Source: TPA_inf: Saccharomyces (Eukaryota). From it: DNA of 64,000 nucleotides. This document shows, piece by piece, positions 43,364-56,000 of this stretch. A program made the position numbers and the translations under genes. Each line of letters starts with the position of its first letter. Position 1 is the stretch's first letter. A model generated the notes under the pieces. That model was not told where the DNA came from and did no database searches. It worked only from the letters and a program-made list of their open reading frames with translations. The stretch is from assembly GCA_000146045.2 (NCBI GenBank), contig BK006946.2:320001-384000 (forward strand), given 5' to 3'.

Positions 43364-46300
43364 TCAGGTCTGCTCTGCAGCGTGGTTTACGATAAACACG
43401 TATGTACCACTGTCTGCATCATAGCTTTCGAACTTAGAATTTGGATTTTTCTTTAAGCGTTCGATATGCCTTTTAACCAGTTGATGATTTGGATCCTTTA
43501 TAGGTTTTCTGGTAGATTTGTCTACAGGATAACAGTTAAAGCAGGTAATCCTGGCCCGAACATTAATGCCCTCCCCTCTCTTCGGTCTGTTTGGTAAGTT
43601 CGCATATATTATACAGGTTTTTGGTTCAAAAGTAATGATTACGCCCCCTAATGAGGTCAAAGGAATTCCAGCGAGGTCAACAGGTTCAAGAAATTCAATT
43701 TTACCATAACTTTTATGACCCACAACTAAATGAGGAACTTTGCGCAGTTGCAAGAGAGAATAAGAGGATAATGTGTCCAGGGATGGTGAGATATAGTAGT
43801 TCTCATTAATGAAGGAGGCATCTTTTTCCGCAACGTCCGCAAAAACAGCCTTTTTATCATCTTCTGAATATTCTTGCTTCTGTAAATCGGCGACATTTTC
43901 TTTATTTTCTTCGTCCATATTCCGGGAATGATGTTTCGTTGCGCTATCTTCCCCATCGTTCTTTGAGGACAAAACCATTCTTTCCCCCCCATTAGCAGTT
44001 TCTTTTTCATCCATCTTTGGCTTTCCCAAGATCGTTTCTTGTTCTTCACTTTTACTTTTAAAATTCATATCGTTGTTCTGTGATCCGTTATTCTTTTCCT
44101 CGGATGCGATCAACATTTTCCTGTTATTAATTAGATTCTTGAATGACCTTTTATCGGGATTGAATAATAACTCAGAAGCTTTTAATATGCTTTCGTCCAA
44201 ATTTTCCTCCTGCTGGTTAGAAATCGCAATCTGATTATTCTTTTTATCAATGGAAATCGACAACTTTGGATCAACCTTGATCTGGGCCTTATCCATGACG
44301 GAATTATTAGTCTTGAGCTTGGCTGTAAATAAAGTTTTAGGAATCATTTTGTATGCGTTCGTCAAACTGGCTTTTTTGCGTTCATCGGCTTTGATCTTTG
44401 TAGCGCTTGGTTGAATTGGATAGGAAACCGTGTTGGTGACAGTTGCTTTCGAAAAAAGCTCATTAGTACCGTAGGGATTGTTATTCTGAATTTGTAATCG
44501 TTGTTGCTGCTGCTGTTGTTGGAGCGCATTTTGTGATTGTGCCATTGACTGGGAAGGTTGGGAAAATAACCCTCCGCCCGAAGTGTTCGTACTAGTGTTA
44601 TTCTGAAATAAGCCTCCAGCATTAGTAGATTGAGAGGTGTTATTACTACCAAACAGGCCCGTTGAACCGTTGGAATTGTTTAGAGACGAGTTGTTATTGT
44701 TTCCAAATAGTCCTCCAGCACTTGTAGAAGCTCCCGCACCAACTGGTTTATTACCAAATAAACCAGTAGAATTGGTGGTGGCCGCCGTGTTAGATGCATT
44801 ATTGGACCCAAATATTCCACCCGAAGAGGCGTTTGGAGCCGTGGAATTAGTACCTCCGAAAAGGGATCCTGTAGCAGGTTTGCTACCAAATAATCCGCCG
44901 CTAGTTGAGGCAGGATTGTTTTGATTTGCAACTTGATTGTTTCCAAATAATCCGCCTCCAACAGTGTTTGATGGTTTTGAACCAAACAGGCCACCCGAAG
45001 CAGGTTGCTGTTTATTTTGGAACAAACCTCCTGATTGCTGCTGCAAATTATTTCCACTTATACCGTTACTTTGATTTGTTGTGCTGTTAGAGAATAAGCT
45101 TGTATTTCCAAAACCAGTTGGTTTCGCTCCAAAAAGACTATTATTCTGTTGTGGTTGTTGTAACCCATTTTGGCCAAATGGCTGATTATTATTTTGATTG
45201 GTCTGGCCAAACAATCCACCAGGTTGGGACTGCGACTGGTTGTTTTGTTGTCCGAATAATCCCCCGGTTGATTGCTGTTGTTGGTTATTTTGCCCAAATA
45301 TAGAATTATTTTGGGCATTACCAGACGCAAAAGTGGATGCTCCCTGCTGTTGTCCAAACAGTCCTCCTGCAGGTTTGCTTCCAAATAATCCGCCTTGTTG
45401 CTGTGGCTGGCCAAATGCGTTTGAGGAGTTTTGTTGTCCAAATAATCCGGATTGGTTCTGGCTTTGGTTATTCTGACCGAACAATCCTCCAGCGTTGGAA
45501 TTTTGTTGCTGGCCAAATAACCCTCCTCCACTTTGCTGCTGATTGGTTTGCCCAAATAAGCCACCAGTGGTACCAGTGGGGTTGGTATTCATTCCGAATG
45601 CTTTTGAACCAGCAGATTGTCCAAATAGTCCACCAGAAGCAGGTTTAGCTCCAAAAAGAGCACCAGTGCCTTGCTGTTGGCCGAAAGCGCCACCATTTGC
45701 GTTAGCGTTTGATTGACCAAATATACCACCACTACCTTGTTGTGTTTGTTGTTGGGGAAAGGCACCACGATTCACCTGACCAAAGGCTCCCCCGTTACTG
45801 ACATTATTCGCCCCAAATGAATTTTGCTGTTGACCAAATAATCCTCCGTTTGTATTTGAGTTCTGCTGGCCGAAAAGGCCTGTATTATTAGTGCCGTTTG
45901 TTGGGTTGTTAGTTGTATTACCAAACAATCCCCCGGAAGTGGCAGGTTTATTTGCTCCAAATGCAGAATTTCCTGAGAGGTTAGTAGAGCTTCCAAACAA
46001 TCCTGTAGAGTTGGTCGCTCCAGAGCCAAAGCCACCACCACTTCCAGTTCCGGTTCCAAACATGCCTGTTGCTGGCTTTTGACCAAATAATCCTCCTGTT
46101 GTAGCAGAAGTAGTGGAGTTATTATTACCCATAATTCCAAATCCAGTATTGGTAGTTCCTTGAGGATTGTTAAAAGTAGTACCAGTGCCATTTTGACTGG
46201 TACCGAATTTTCTACCAGCTTGGTAATCTTGAAATCTCAATTCTTCAAAAGAAAAATTTCTGTATTCAGGCATACAGGTGATACTTTGGAAGACGTTGAT

Positions 46301-46705
46301 GACACCTGTGGTTGGATCCTTCTCTTCGAATGTAGTAAAAGGTTTAATGCTTGTACCTGCAGTAGAATTGGGCACAACAGAAGCGGAACCAGCAGAAAGT
46401 GCTGTGTTATTACCCATTCCACCGAAGATCGAGCCAGAGGCATTGTTGTTCGTCAATTGACTTTGACCAAAAGGAGTACCATTTGCTGTAGTCGAGCCTG
46501 ACATTCCGAAGGGAGAATTAGAAGTTTGGTTACCAAAGTTACCAAACGCAGGTGCTTGTGTTGTATTTGTTTGCTGACTGAGGCCGAAAGCAGAAGTGTT
46601 TGCTACTGGTTGTTGTTGTTGCTGTTGGCCACCAAAGGTTGATCCTGTTGAGCCAAATGGCTGTGTTGTTGCGCTGGGGAATGCGCCACGGCTAACTCCA
46701 AACAT
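43364..46705 (-). CDS. NUP116: GLFG-repeat nucleoporin with a C-terminal autoproteolytic/NPC-targeting domain, 1113 aa.
   Basis: ATG at 46705 and a 1113-aa protein. The first roughly 740 aa are dozens of GLFG/FG/SLFG repeats separated by N/Q/S/T-rich spacers. Fits YMR047C. Confidence 0.9.
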   Translation of the reverse strand: MFGVSRGAFPSATTQPFGSTGSTFGGQQQQQQPVANTSAFGLSQQTNTTQAPAFGNFGNQTSNSPFGMSGSTTANGTPFGQSQLTNNNASGSIFGGMGNNTALSAGSASVVPNSTAGTSIKPFTTFEEKDPTTGVINVFQSITCMPEYRNFSFEELRFQDYQAGRKFGTSQNGTGTTFNNPQGTTNTGFGIMGNNNSTTSATTGGLFGQKPATGMFGTGTGSGGGFGSGATNSTGLFGSSTNLSGNSAFGANKPATSGGLFGNTTNNPTNGTNNTGLFGQQNSNTNGGLFGQQQNSFGANNVSNGGAFGQVNRGAFPQQQTQQGSGGIFGQSNANANGGAFGQQQGTGALFGAKPASGGLFGQSAGSKAFGMNTNPTGTTGGLFGQTNQQQSGGGLFGQQQNSNAGGLFGQNNQSQNQSGLFGQQNSSNAFGQPQQQGGLFGSKPAGGLFGQQQGASTFASGNAQNNSIFGQNNQQQQSTGGLFGQQNNQSQSQPGGLFGQTNQNNNQPFGQNGLQQPQQNNSLFGAKPTGFGNTSLFSNSTTNQSNGISGNNLQQQSGGLFQNKQQPASGGLFGSKPSNTVGGGLFGNNQVANQNNPASTSGGLFGSKPATGSLFGGTNSTAPNASSGGIFGSNNASNTAATTNSTGLFGNKPVGAGASTSAGGLFGNNNNSSLNNSNGSTGLFGSNNTSQSTNAGGLFQNNTSTNTSGGGLFSQPSQSMAQSQNALQQQQQQQRLQIQNNNPYGTNELFSKATVTNTVSYPIQPSATKIKADERKKASLTNAYKMIPKTLFTAKLKTNNSVMDKAQIKVDPKLSISIDKKNNQIAISNQQEENLDESILKASELLFNPDKRSFKNLINNRKMLIASEEKNNGSQNNDMNFKSKSEEQETILGKPKMDEKETANGGERMVLSSKNDGEDSATKHHSRNMDEENKENVADLQKQEYSEDDKKAVFADVAEKDASFINENYYISPSLDTLSSYSLLQLRKVPHLVVGHKSYGKIEFLEPVDLAGIPLTSLGGVIITFEPKTCIIYANLPNRPKRGEGINVRARITCFNCYPVDKSTRKPIKDPNHQLVKRHIERLKKNPNSKFESYDADSGTYVFIVNHAAEQT

Positions 46706-46980
46706 AATAATGTTTTAAAAAAGAAATCTTCGAAGCTGAATGGTGCCTCTCAGTTGCCGGGATCTCTATGCAATGCTGATAGTTTCCTTTGCGACCTTAT
46801 GACACTTTATTAACTCTAAGTATAATTTAGTTTTGTTCTTTTTCTAATGAGCATGGTAAGGAAAAATGCCGGGTAATGATAATCTGCAAAAGTGACAATA
46901 ATAAACTGACGCGTAACAAGATCAATGATATACTGGATTAAAATGCCATGAAAACGTGAACAGAAACTTTTATTGAGGTC

Positions 46981-47934
46981 ATGGATCAAGATTTTGACAG
47001 TTTATTACTAGGTTTCAATGACTCCGATAGTGTCCAAAAAGACCCAACTGTACCAAATGGCTTGGATGGTTCAGTAGTTGATCCTACCATTGCGGATCCA
47101 ACCGCAATTACAGCTAGAAAGAGAAGGCCTCAAGTAAAATTAACAGCCGAAAAACTACTCAGTGATAAAGGTTTACCATATGTTTTGAAAAATGCACATA
47201 AAAGGATACGAATTTCCTCAAAAAAAAACTCATATGACAACTTATCAAATATTATTCAGTTTTACCAGCTTTGGGCACATGAATTGTTTCCCAAGGCAAA
47301 ATTTAAGGATTTTATGAAGATCTGTCAAACAGTAGGTAAAACAGATCCAGTTCTTAGAGAATATAGAGTCAGCCTTTTTAGGGACGAGATGGGCATGAGT
47401 TTCGATGTTGGCACACGGGAGACTGGGCAAGACCTGGAAAGACAATCACCTATGGTTGAAGAACATGTCACTTCCGCGGAAGAGAGGCCTATTGTCGCAG
47501 ATAGTTTTGCGCAAGACAAAAGGAATGTAAACAATGTCGATTACGATAATGACGAAGATGACGATATCTATCACCTTTCTTATCGCAACAGAAGAGGACG
47601 AGTTTTGGACGAACGTGGGAATAATGAAACGGTACTTAACAACGTTGTGCCGCCTAAGGAAGATTTGGATGCATTATTGAAGACATTCAGGGTACAAGGG
47701 CCCGTTGGCCTTGAAGAAAATGAGAAGAAGCTCTTATTAGGATGGCTAGATGCGCATAGAAAAATGGAAAAAGGCTCTATGACTGAAGAAGACGTTCAAC
47801 TGATTCAAAGTTTGGAAGAGTGGGAAATGAATGATATAGAGGGACAACATACTCATTATGATTTATTGCCAGGGGGAGATGAGTTTGGCGTAGATCAAGA
47901 TGAGTTGGATGCTATGAAGGAAATGGGCTTTTAG
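46981..47934 (+). CDS. CSM3: Replication-fork protection / meiotic chromosome segregation protein (Tipin homologue), 317 aa.
   Basis: ATG at 46981 and a 317-aa ORF at the YMR048W position. Confidence 0.75.
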   Translation: MDQDFDSLLLGFNDSDSVQKDPTVPNGLDGSVVDPTIADPTAITARKRRPQVKLTAEKLLSDKGLPYVLKNAHKRIRISSKKNSYDNLSNIIQFYQLWAHELFPKAKFKDFMKICQTVGKTDPVLREYRVSLFRDEMGMSFDVGTRETGQDLERQSPMVEEHVTSAEERPIVADSFAQDKRNVNNVDYDNDEDDDIYHLSYRNRRGRVLDERGNNETVLNNVVPPKEDLDALLKTFRVQGPVGLEENEKKLLLGWLDAHRKMEKGSMTEEDVQLIQSLEEWEMNDIEGQHTHYDLLPGGDEFGVDQDELDAMKEMGF

Positions 47935-48093
47935 CAATGTCATTGAAGGTAATAATCCAAACGTGCGTGTGGGCATCTATACATATAGGTTTATATATAT
48001 TGTGTAAATAAAGCTTGTAGAAAGAGCCTGGTTCGAGTGTTTGATTTTTTCTTCTTGGGCGTTATTATACAATATCTACTTCAAATTATTTAT

Positions 48094-50517
48094 CTAGGTG
48101 GTCCATAAGCGAGCCGTATTATCAGCACCGGCAGAAAACAGCCAAGCTTCCCTCGGATGCCAAATAGCATCAAGAACACCCAGACTATTGATTACTTTAT
48201 GACCGGTTAGTTTCTTTAGTGGCACAATCATCGGATTTTTCATCATGTCATCATAAACAGTGGCATGGAAAACATGTATGGTACCGTCATCAGCGGCAGA
48301 GCTGAATAGAGGTAACTTTTTGTGGAAATTCACACTTCTGACGGCTTTTTCATGATATCTTAGTGTCTTGTAAGGTGTGCTAGCCAAATCCAGGTCGTGC
48401 CATAAAACTCTCTTGTCAAACGATGACGCAATTAAATTATCACCCCTTGGGTGAATATCGATTTTCGATAACCAACGGGCACCAGGCAACAGTTTCTTGA
48501 CCAATATTTGTTGAGATAAATCATAAATTCTGACATATCTTTGGGAACAGACAAATAATTGAGGTTTAAAAGGATGGAACTTCGCATCCATAATAATGCC
48601 CTTCGATTTTTTGAATGGGGATTGGGTTAAATGCTTGGAAACTTGGTGAATCAAAACAGAAGTGTTACCAGAGTCAGGTTGAACAGTGACAAAGTAATCA
48701 CCTTTTCTATGCCATGAAAGCTTTTTTACTGTTTTTTTGCAAGAAATAGTGATACAAATATCCTTTTCTAGTTGCTTTTGAGAAGGCTTGTTCCATTGGG
48801 CTACTTGTTTTTTTACAGCATTCTTAGCAGATTCATTCTCTCCATCTTCATCGCCATCACCATTCTCGTTCACTTCTAGGTTAGATTTTTTAACAGTCCC
48901 AAAAGTATCGTAGCCAAAACCATCTTCAATCTTAGTTTTGCCGTTATTTTCAATATCGTAGCCGAATATTGGTGGTACTATTAAATGAATGTTTTCACCA
49001 ACAGCAACGGCGAGAATACCATTATTAGCATCAGGATTCCATTCAATGCATTCAATGTGGTAATCTGGGTTTTCCTCGTCATCGATTAAAGTAGTTCTAT
49101 AAACTTCTCTACCAGTTAAAATTTCCCATACCCTGACTGTTCCGTCATCAGATCCTGTTGCTAGCCATAATCCAGAAGGATCAATGGATAATGTGCGTAC
49201 TTTTCCTTTGTGACCAGCGTATATTGTTGAGCAACGAATAGGGAAGGGTCTTAAATCCTTGGGAGAGGGAAGTTCTGGAATTAGAGAATTAGGATCAATA
49301 TTCAATTTGTTTTTACGGACACGAGGAGCTAAATATAAATCCAAAGATCTTTCAAATCTTTCCCTAATAGATTCACCGTAACCAGGGACCTTTCTTAAGG
49401 CAGAATACTTTTGAGGTATGAAGTTTCTTTCTCTTTCACTATATTCAGTATTTTCCCAGGCCTCCTTTTCTTCAGGAGACAAAAGATACTCTTCTGGTGG
49501 ATTATAACTCTCTTCATTAGTTGGTGGAGGTAATTTTGGTGCCCTTAGATGCATTACATGATCATTTGTTTCCGTAGAATCACCCCATAAATCGTATTGA
49601 TAGTTTTCAATTTTTTCCTTTTCTTTCATTTCCTTTAATTTTTTAGGAGGAATAATACGGCCCTCTCTGATAGCTCTTACAATTTTCATAACTCTCTTGG
49701 CTTCGTTTTTGGATGGAACAAATCTTCTTTTTGGCTCCGGAACAGCAGTTAATGGCATCACTTCTTCGTGTCTCGTGAACCAATCGATTAACGGTTCGTA
49801 TGGATTTATGCTATCATCAGTTTGTTCGTTCCTTTGGATTTTGGAAATAAGTTCTAATTCCTCTTTGGTTAAGTTCAAACTTGAACCGGAATTCTTGTCC
49901 AGTAAACCAGTCCAGCCTTCAGGTAGCTCGATAGAATCCAACAGTTGATCTAAAGCAGAACCCTTGGCAGGTCTCATAATCCTTTTACCGTTGATATCGT
50001 ATCCAATGTGTGGCATTTCATCGTATGCAGAAAGTGGAATATTACCAATGGTATTTTGCGTTTCGGCATCACTATCATCGCTATCATAAACTGGATTAAT
50101 TTCAGGTTTGATAATTCTATCACTGCCATCTGCATATTTTGAGTAAATATTCGGATCAACGATCGTTTGCAATTTCACACCCGATAATCTGTCTGTTAAG
50201 GAAGTTGTGTCGTCTGAAAACTCAGAACTGTCATAGTCCTCTTCCCCATCACCTTCTTCTTCGGCAAGCAGTTTGTTTAATTCAGCATCGGAGTCATCAT
50301 CAGAATCATCTTGGGCTTCTTTATCAGAAGATGATTCCTTTTCTTCAACGGCAGACTCGTATTCGTCATCATCCTCGTCACTCTCACTTGCTTCCGCATC
50401 GATCAAACCGTCAACGGATAAAAGCTTGTCCTCATCTTCCTCGACATCAGATTCTTCGCTAGCTGCTCTCTTTTTCGACATCTTTGCCTCGGTAGTTTTG
50501 TTGTTCTTAGCCATCAT
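48094..50517 (-). CDS. ERB1: 60S ribosome-biogenesis WD40 protein (BOP1 homologue), 807 aa.
   Basis: ATG at 50517. It has an N-terminal acidic/Ser-rich region, a BOP1 N-domain and C-terminal WD40 repeats. Fits YMR049C. Confidence 0.9.
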
Positions 50518-50602
50518 TGACCTAGTTATGTTAGAACAGATTTAATACAGTACCTTTCTTCGCTAGGATCTATATGCGAATATATCACATATGTAAATTA
50601 TA

Positions 50603-50636
50603 AGCTCATCGCAAAACCAAAAAAAAAAAAATTTTC
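50603..50636. promoter_or_regulatory. PAC motif (AGCTCATCGC, 50603..50612) followed by an RRPE-like A6T4 element (about 50626..50636), 85-115 bp upstream of the ERB1 ATG.
   Basis: Exact match to the reverse complement of PAC (GCGATGAGCT) and to AAAAATTTT, the hallmark pair of ribosome-biogenesis regulon promoters. Confidence 0.6.
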
Positions 50637-52444
50637 AATAATTTTTCACTAATCTTCAAAAACAAATGGGGTAACCCGTACAAGAGTTATTAAAACCCAA
50701 AATGACAAAATCGCGACAATTCAATCCTACTTAATTAGCAATAACATACTAGCGGTAGAGCTACTATCACATGTTGAACCTTGAATGCTCAATTCATTGT
50801 ACTCAATACTGCTATCAAAAGAAAAAAAATGTATTAATTATATTCTTGTCAAAATCAATTTTACACTATAAGAGGAAAATGTTCTTCAGTCCTAGTAACA
50901 TTAGTTTTCTCCCTTTGCTAGAGACTTTACATAATATCCTAGAAGGTAAAATTCGATAATACAGCAGTAAAGTCGTATATTGGTAGCAATCCTTGGTGAC
51001 GCTGACTTTTTTTTTTTGTAATTTTATTGTTTAGTTCATGATAAAAAACTTCAAATCACTTTTAATCTGGTAGACAGAGAAAACAAATCGAAACGAAAAT
51101 AGAGAACTACGAATAAAAAAATATAAGTGGAGAAGATCGTCACTACGCATTAAACAATATTGATCGCTCAATGCCAGTACTGCGCGTAAAAGTTTAGTAA
51201 CTTAACGATTTAGGCACAATTTGAGAAAAATTTCGCCCTGCAGTAAGTATGTTATTCAGTACGATATAAAGCTGAGGTTTTATGCTGGCAACGTTCAGAT
51301 TTTTTAGGTTATCAGCAATGTTAAAATATTAAATAGGATACTTTTATTGTTTGAGACCACCCTCAATGCCAGATATGTTAAACGCTTTTTTCTGGAGTGA
51401 GGTATCATAGAAAAAGGCTCGAGTACATCAAGCACTTAAAGGTTCAACACTCTACTGTTACTTCTTTAAGCTAAGCTATTCATACATAATAGTCCATCAA
51501 AGTGGCTCAAATTGCGCATACAGTGTAAAAATGCGTTCAGGGAATAACGATGTCAAGCAGCGTGTGAAAATTGGACACGTTGAATAATAAACTTCCTGGA
51601 AACCGTCGCGCGCCACTGCTGTCAGAAAATAGTAGACTACTTAATTTTCAATTCATATTTAGCCTGCTTTTTGATCTATGAAATCGCCCACTCTAAATCA
51701 GCGGTGTTTTTGCACGGTTTGTAATTTTAACTTCATTATATGTATTATTCGGTGACTTCACTAAAAAAGAAGGATCTATGCAATATTCTTATCTTCTATT
51801 TTTTTTCTTTTCGATTTTTGAAGTTAAACCTTCGTAATGAACAGATTCGAACAGTATACAGCTGATGACAATTACATGTTAAACTTTCATTGATGATAAT
51901 GGCACGCACTCCACCTGTTAAAGAGGCAGAACGAAGAACCTTTGCTTATAACATAGGTCAGTGTATACTGGATAATAGTATCGAATAACCAGCATAATAT
52001 TTTCTCTGGAAATACCTTTAAGGGGTTTTTAGAAGAAAAACAAATCCTAGTGCAACTTGCAAGTCATCAAAAATAATCTATCTTATCTCTATATATATAT
52101 TTGTGTATTTTATATTTTATGACAAAGCTAGAAATATAAAATCAGATACCGCAATAGAAGATATTTCAAATAATAATACCAATCTCATAGCTCAAAACAG
52201 GCACTAAGGGAATACTGAAGAAAGTAATGTCTAGGAGTTAGTATAGCTTGAAGTTGCCATCGGTGTCATTTAGGTAGATCTATCTAGATTACGCGCAGCC
52301 CTCAGAAAAGCAAGTGATTTCCGAAGTTTCAACCTACCCAGACTATTCACATAAGGTTAATTTATGATTGAACAGTTCAAATAAATCTGCGCCATTCATG
52401 AAGATGATTCGATACCGCAATATGCTGCTAAAGTGCTAAAAAAA

Positions 52445-52518
52445 TGATTTCGCCCAGGATCGAACTGGGGACGTTCTGCGTGTTAAGCAGATGCCATAAC
52501 CGACTAGACCACGAAACC
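52445..52518 (-). tRNA. tV(AAC): tRNA-Val (AAC), 74 nt, no intron.
   Basis: The reverse complement GGTTTCGTGGTCTAGTCGGTTATGGCATCTGCTTAACACGCAGAACGTCCCCAGTTCGATCCTGGGCGAAATCA matches yeast tRNA-Val(AAC). Confidence 0.9.
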
Positions 52519-52696
52519 AGGTTTTATTGAAAAATTGCATCTAAAATAACCTATACTAATAAATCTTCTAATAAATCTTCTAACTCTTCGCTGTTCTATG
52601 TGATATCGTTGATAGTTAGGTTTTCGTGTTGAAATAATCAATTACATTTATTGACTGGTTTAATATTAATATATTATCATATACAGTGTAAGAAGG

Positions 52697-53034
52697 TGAG
52701 ATATATGTGGGTAATTAGATAATTGTTGGGATTCCATTGTTGATAAAGGCTATAATATTAGGTATACAGAATATACTAGAAGTTCTCCTCGAGGATATAG
52801 GAATCCTCAAAATGGAATCTATATTTCTACATACTAATATTACGATTATTCCTCATTCCGTTTTATATGTTTATATTCATTGATCCTATTACATTATCAA
52901 TCCTTGCGTTTCAGCTTCCTCTAACATCGATGACAGCTTCTCATAACTTATGTCATCATCTTAACACCGTATATGATAATATATTGATAATATAACTATT
53001 AGTTGATAGACGATAGTGGATTTTTATTCCAACA
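52697..53034 (-). repeat. 3' LTR (delta) of Ty1 element 2.
   Basis: The plus strand reads TGAGATATATGTGGG...TTATTCCAACA, with the adjacent TACCACCC polypurine tract. Confidence 0.9.
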
Positions 53035-53056
53035 TACCACCCATAATGTAATAGAT

Positions 53057-56000
53057 CTAATGAATCCATTTGTTTGTTAATAGTTTGAATGTTTTTATCG
53101 GAAGAGGTTTGGTCATTACGTCTGCAATATTCTTTTTGGTTTCGATATAGCATACGTGCAGATGATTTCCTGATACTTCATCTCTTAGTCTCATTGCTTT
53201 AGTACCAAAAAATCTGTTTCTAAATTTCTCTTCATTATTGGATATAATTATACTGATTGTAGATTTACTGTCGGTTAGTAATCCTTTAGTAATTGGTTTC
53301 TTGTTAAGTTCTTGCACAAGGTGACTGAGGTTATTTAATAATGGGACAGATTCACTTATCGCGTGTATTTCTGCTTCCGTAGTTGAAGTACATGTTAATG
53401 AAGCCTTGGTGGACTTTCCTCCAATTACTTTTCCATTAAGTAAATATATGTTGCCAATTTGTGATTTATAATACGGTTGGTTACCATACGATGCATCGCT
53501 TATAACAACTAATTTATTTGTTGGCTTAACAGGTTTGCTTTTGTGCCATATTAATTGCTTATCTCTCGTATTCCATATGAACTGTATCAATTCATATGTC
53601 ATATCTAACACTTGCTTGGACGGAAATAGTATATGTTGTGCAAGTGTGTTGATGTAGTATAATAGGTCAAATCTAAATTTATATCCAACATATGATGCTA
53701 GACCTATCAGCTTTTGCATTTCATGTACCTTCATTTTGTAATCATCTTCTTCTAGCTCTAGTTCTTGCTGGTCTATATATAGACCTGGTTGACCTGGAGC
53801 GCTAAGTTTCCTTCCTTTTGGGTTCAAAGGTACGTTTAGTTTGGGTATTTTTTCAGTTAATGAGTTTTCCATACCTAATTTCATGTATTTACCTCTTTGA
53901 TATTTGATTTCTAAGCCAAGTATGTCGTACTGAATTTCGTTATCACTTTCACCCAGATTTATTATCTTTGTATCGTATTGTTTCTTGAGTGTTGTTATGA
54001 TTTTCTTATTTGCATTTAAGTCTTTGCTGAACAATATCATATCATCAACGAATAAGCAAATTGTTACTTGACTATTCTTAAATACGCATGACCATCCACG
54101 AACTTCTTCCATACCACACTGTTTTATCAGGTATGATTTGATAGTTTCGTACCAGTTCGCTCCACTTTGTTTCAATCCATAAAGTGATTTCTTCAAACGT
54201 ATTAACTTATCATTCATTCCTAAATGTGGTGGAGGTCTTATGTATAGTTCTTCTTTGATGTCTGCATACAAATATGCCGAAGATATGTCTAATTGTGTAA
54301 TATAGTAGTTATTGTCTAATGCAAGTGACAGGGATGTCATTAATGCATAGTGATGTACGGTATTGGATTGCATGCCTGGGTCGTAAGTGTCAGGATGTTG
54401 AATATCACCTCTTGCAACAAATCTAGCTTTATGAGTACCGTCACGTTTCCTGTTAAAGATAAACATTGAATTTATTACTCTTTTGGGGTCTATTTCTTTT
54501 CTGTCATAATATCTGTCAGTGTCCCAAGTTTTCATCTTCAACAGTTGATTGACTTCTTTGTGGTATGCCTGGATATATTTTTCTTTTTCTTTAATATCTT
54601 TATTATAGGTGATTGCCTCATCGTATCGTAAGGTTGTCCGTATTGGTTTGATTGATTTTACTGCTTTTACAGCTGCAATCAGGTGAATTCGTTTCTTCGA
54701 TCTCGGAGGTTCTAAACTACGCATATTCTTAGTATTCCATGTGTCTCGTGATACCTTAATTTCAGTTTCATTATCTTCTAATGATCTTTTCTTACTGTTG
54801 ATAGTAGTATAGGCATTAGAGTCACCAATACCACCCAAACTGGAATTAGTTTGACGAGAATTGATCGGTGGGAGTTCTTTAAATGGGTCAGGGAATTCGG
54901 TAGGAGATTCTGGAGGTAGATCAGGGAGTGGGAGATCAGCGATGATAGATTCCTCGGTATTCTGTTCAGAAACAGTAGTTGGCGTTTTGATAGGAACAAT
55001 ATTGTGCGATGAATTATTTTCCGGTGGAGAAGCATCGATTGAAGGTGAACGGTGTATAATCCTTTTCTCAGTCTCTTGGTCACTTATCTGCGGAACAGTT
55101 TTGTTGTTGGTACCACCCGTACTGGATATTGGTACGTTTGTATGATTAGTCTCATTTTCACTGTACGAGTCTGAGTGTCTGAAATCTTTAGATTTACTGG
55201 CGTGCGACGACTCATGTGTGTTAGATTGGGACATGGGAGCAAGTAAAGGAACATTTAATTTATGCATACCACCCGAACCGGTACTCTCGATATTGGAAAT
55301 TTGGGGGGTGCTAGATCTCTTCTTTGATGGAAGAATATTAGATTCAGATATGTTGGGGTCAACTTCTCTGGGTGCGCGAATATTGGTTTTAGAAACACGT
55401 TTCGAATCTTCAGTATGAGTTGACGGAGGTGTGGAATCGGTTGGACTCACAGCTTTTGAAAGGACATTTCTCGGTTGCTCAGGATGTAGTTCGATGTCAG
55501 ATTGGAAGTCATGGTCAGATTCTATGTTAAGATCATCGGATTGTTGGATCTCATTTGACGCAATGAACGATTGATATGAAGCAGTTAAACGGTTTAAGTC
55601 TTCATCGAAAGTGAGTGCGTCGTAATTGAATTGATCTAATCTGGATTCCTTGCCCTGAAGAATAACATAGTTAGTTGTATCTACTGTCTTCTTTAAGGAT
55701 GGAAGATAGATGATATATCCATAAGAGTTTCGAGACGGATGTAGAGCGTAGCCTGGGATGCCACGAGGATGTATTTTGGAGTTAGGGTTGTGATCATTGA
55801 CGATAACAGGTTGACCGAAAGGTAACAAAGTACTGATATCAAGTCCTGCCAAGCCAGCATGTTGTCTTGCAGATTTTTTGCTTTTAGGTGAAGCTAGTGA
55901 ATTTCTCACAATAGTAGAAAATTCGATTGCAGAGAACCATAAATGGTTCGGTAAACCACTACATTGCAGTTGAGTACGGCAGTCATCTAATAAGGTACGG

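Noticed and set aside
44362-46501. Nine or more overlapping ORFs of 60-168 aa inside NUP116 on both strands.
   Set aside because: They are by-products of the stop-poor GLFG repeat DNA. They lack independent start context and all sit inside a 1113-aa gene of known function.
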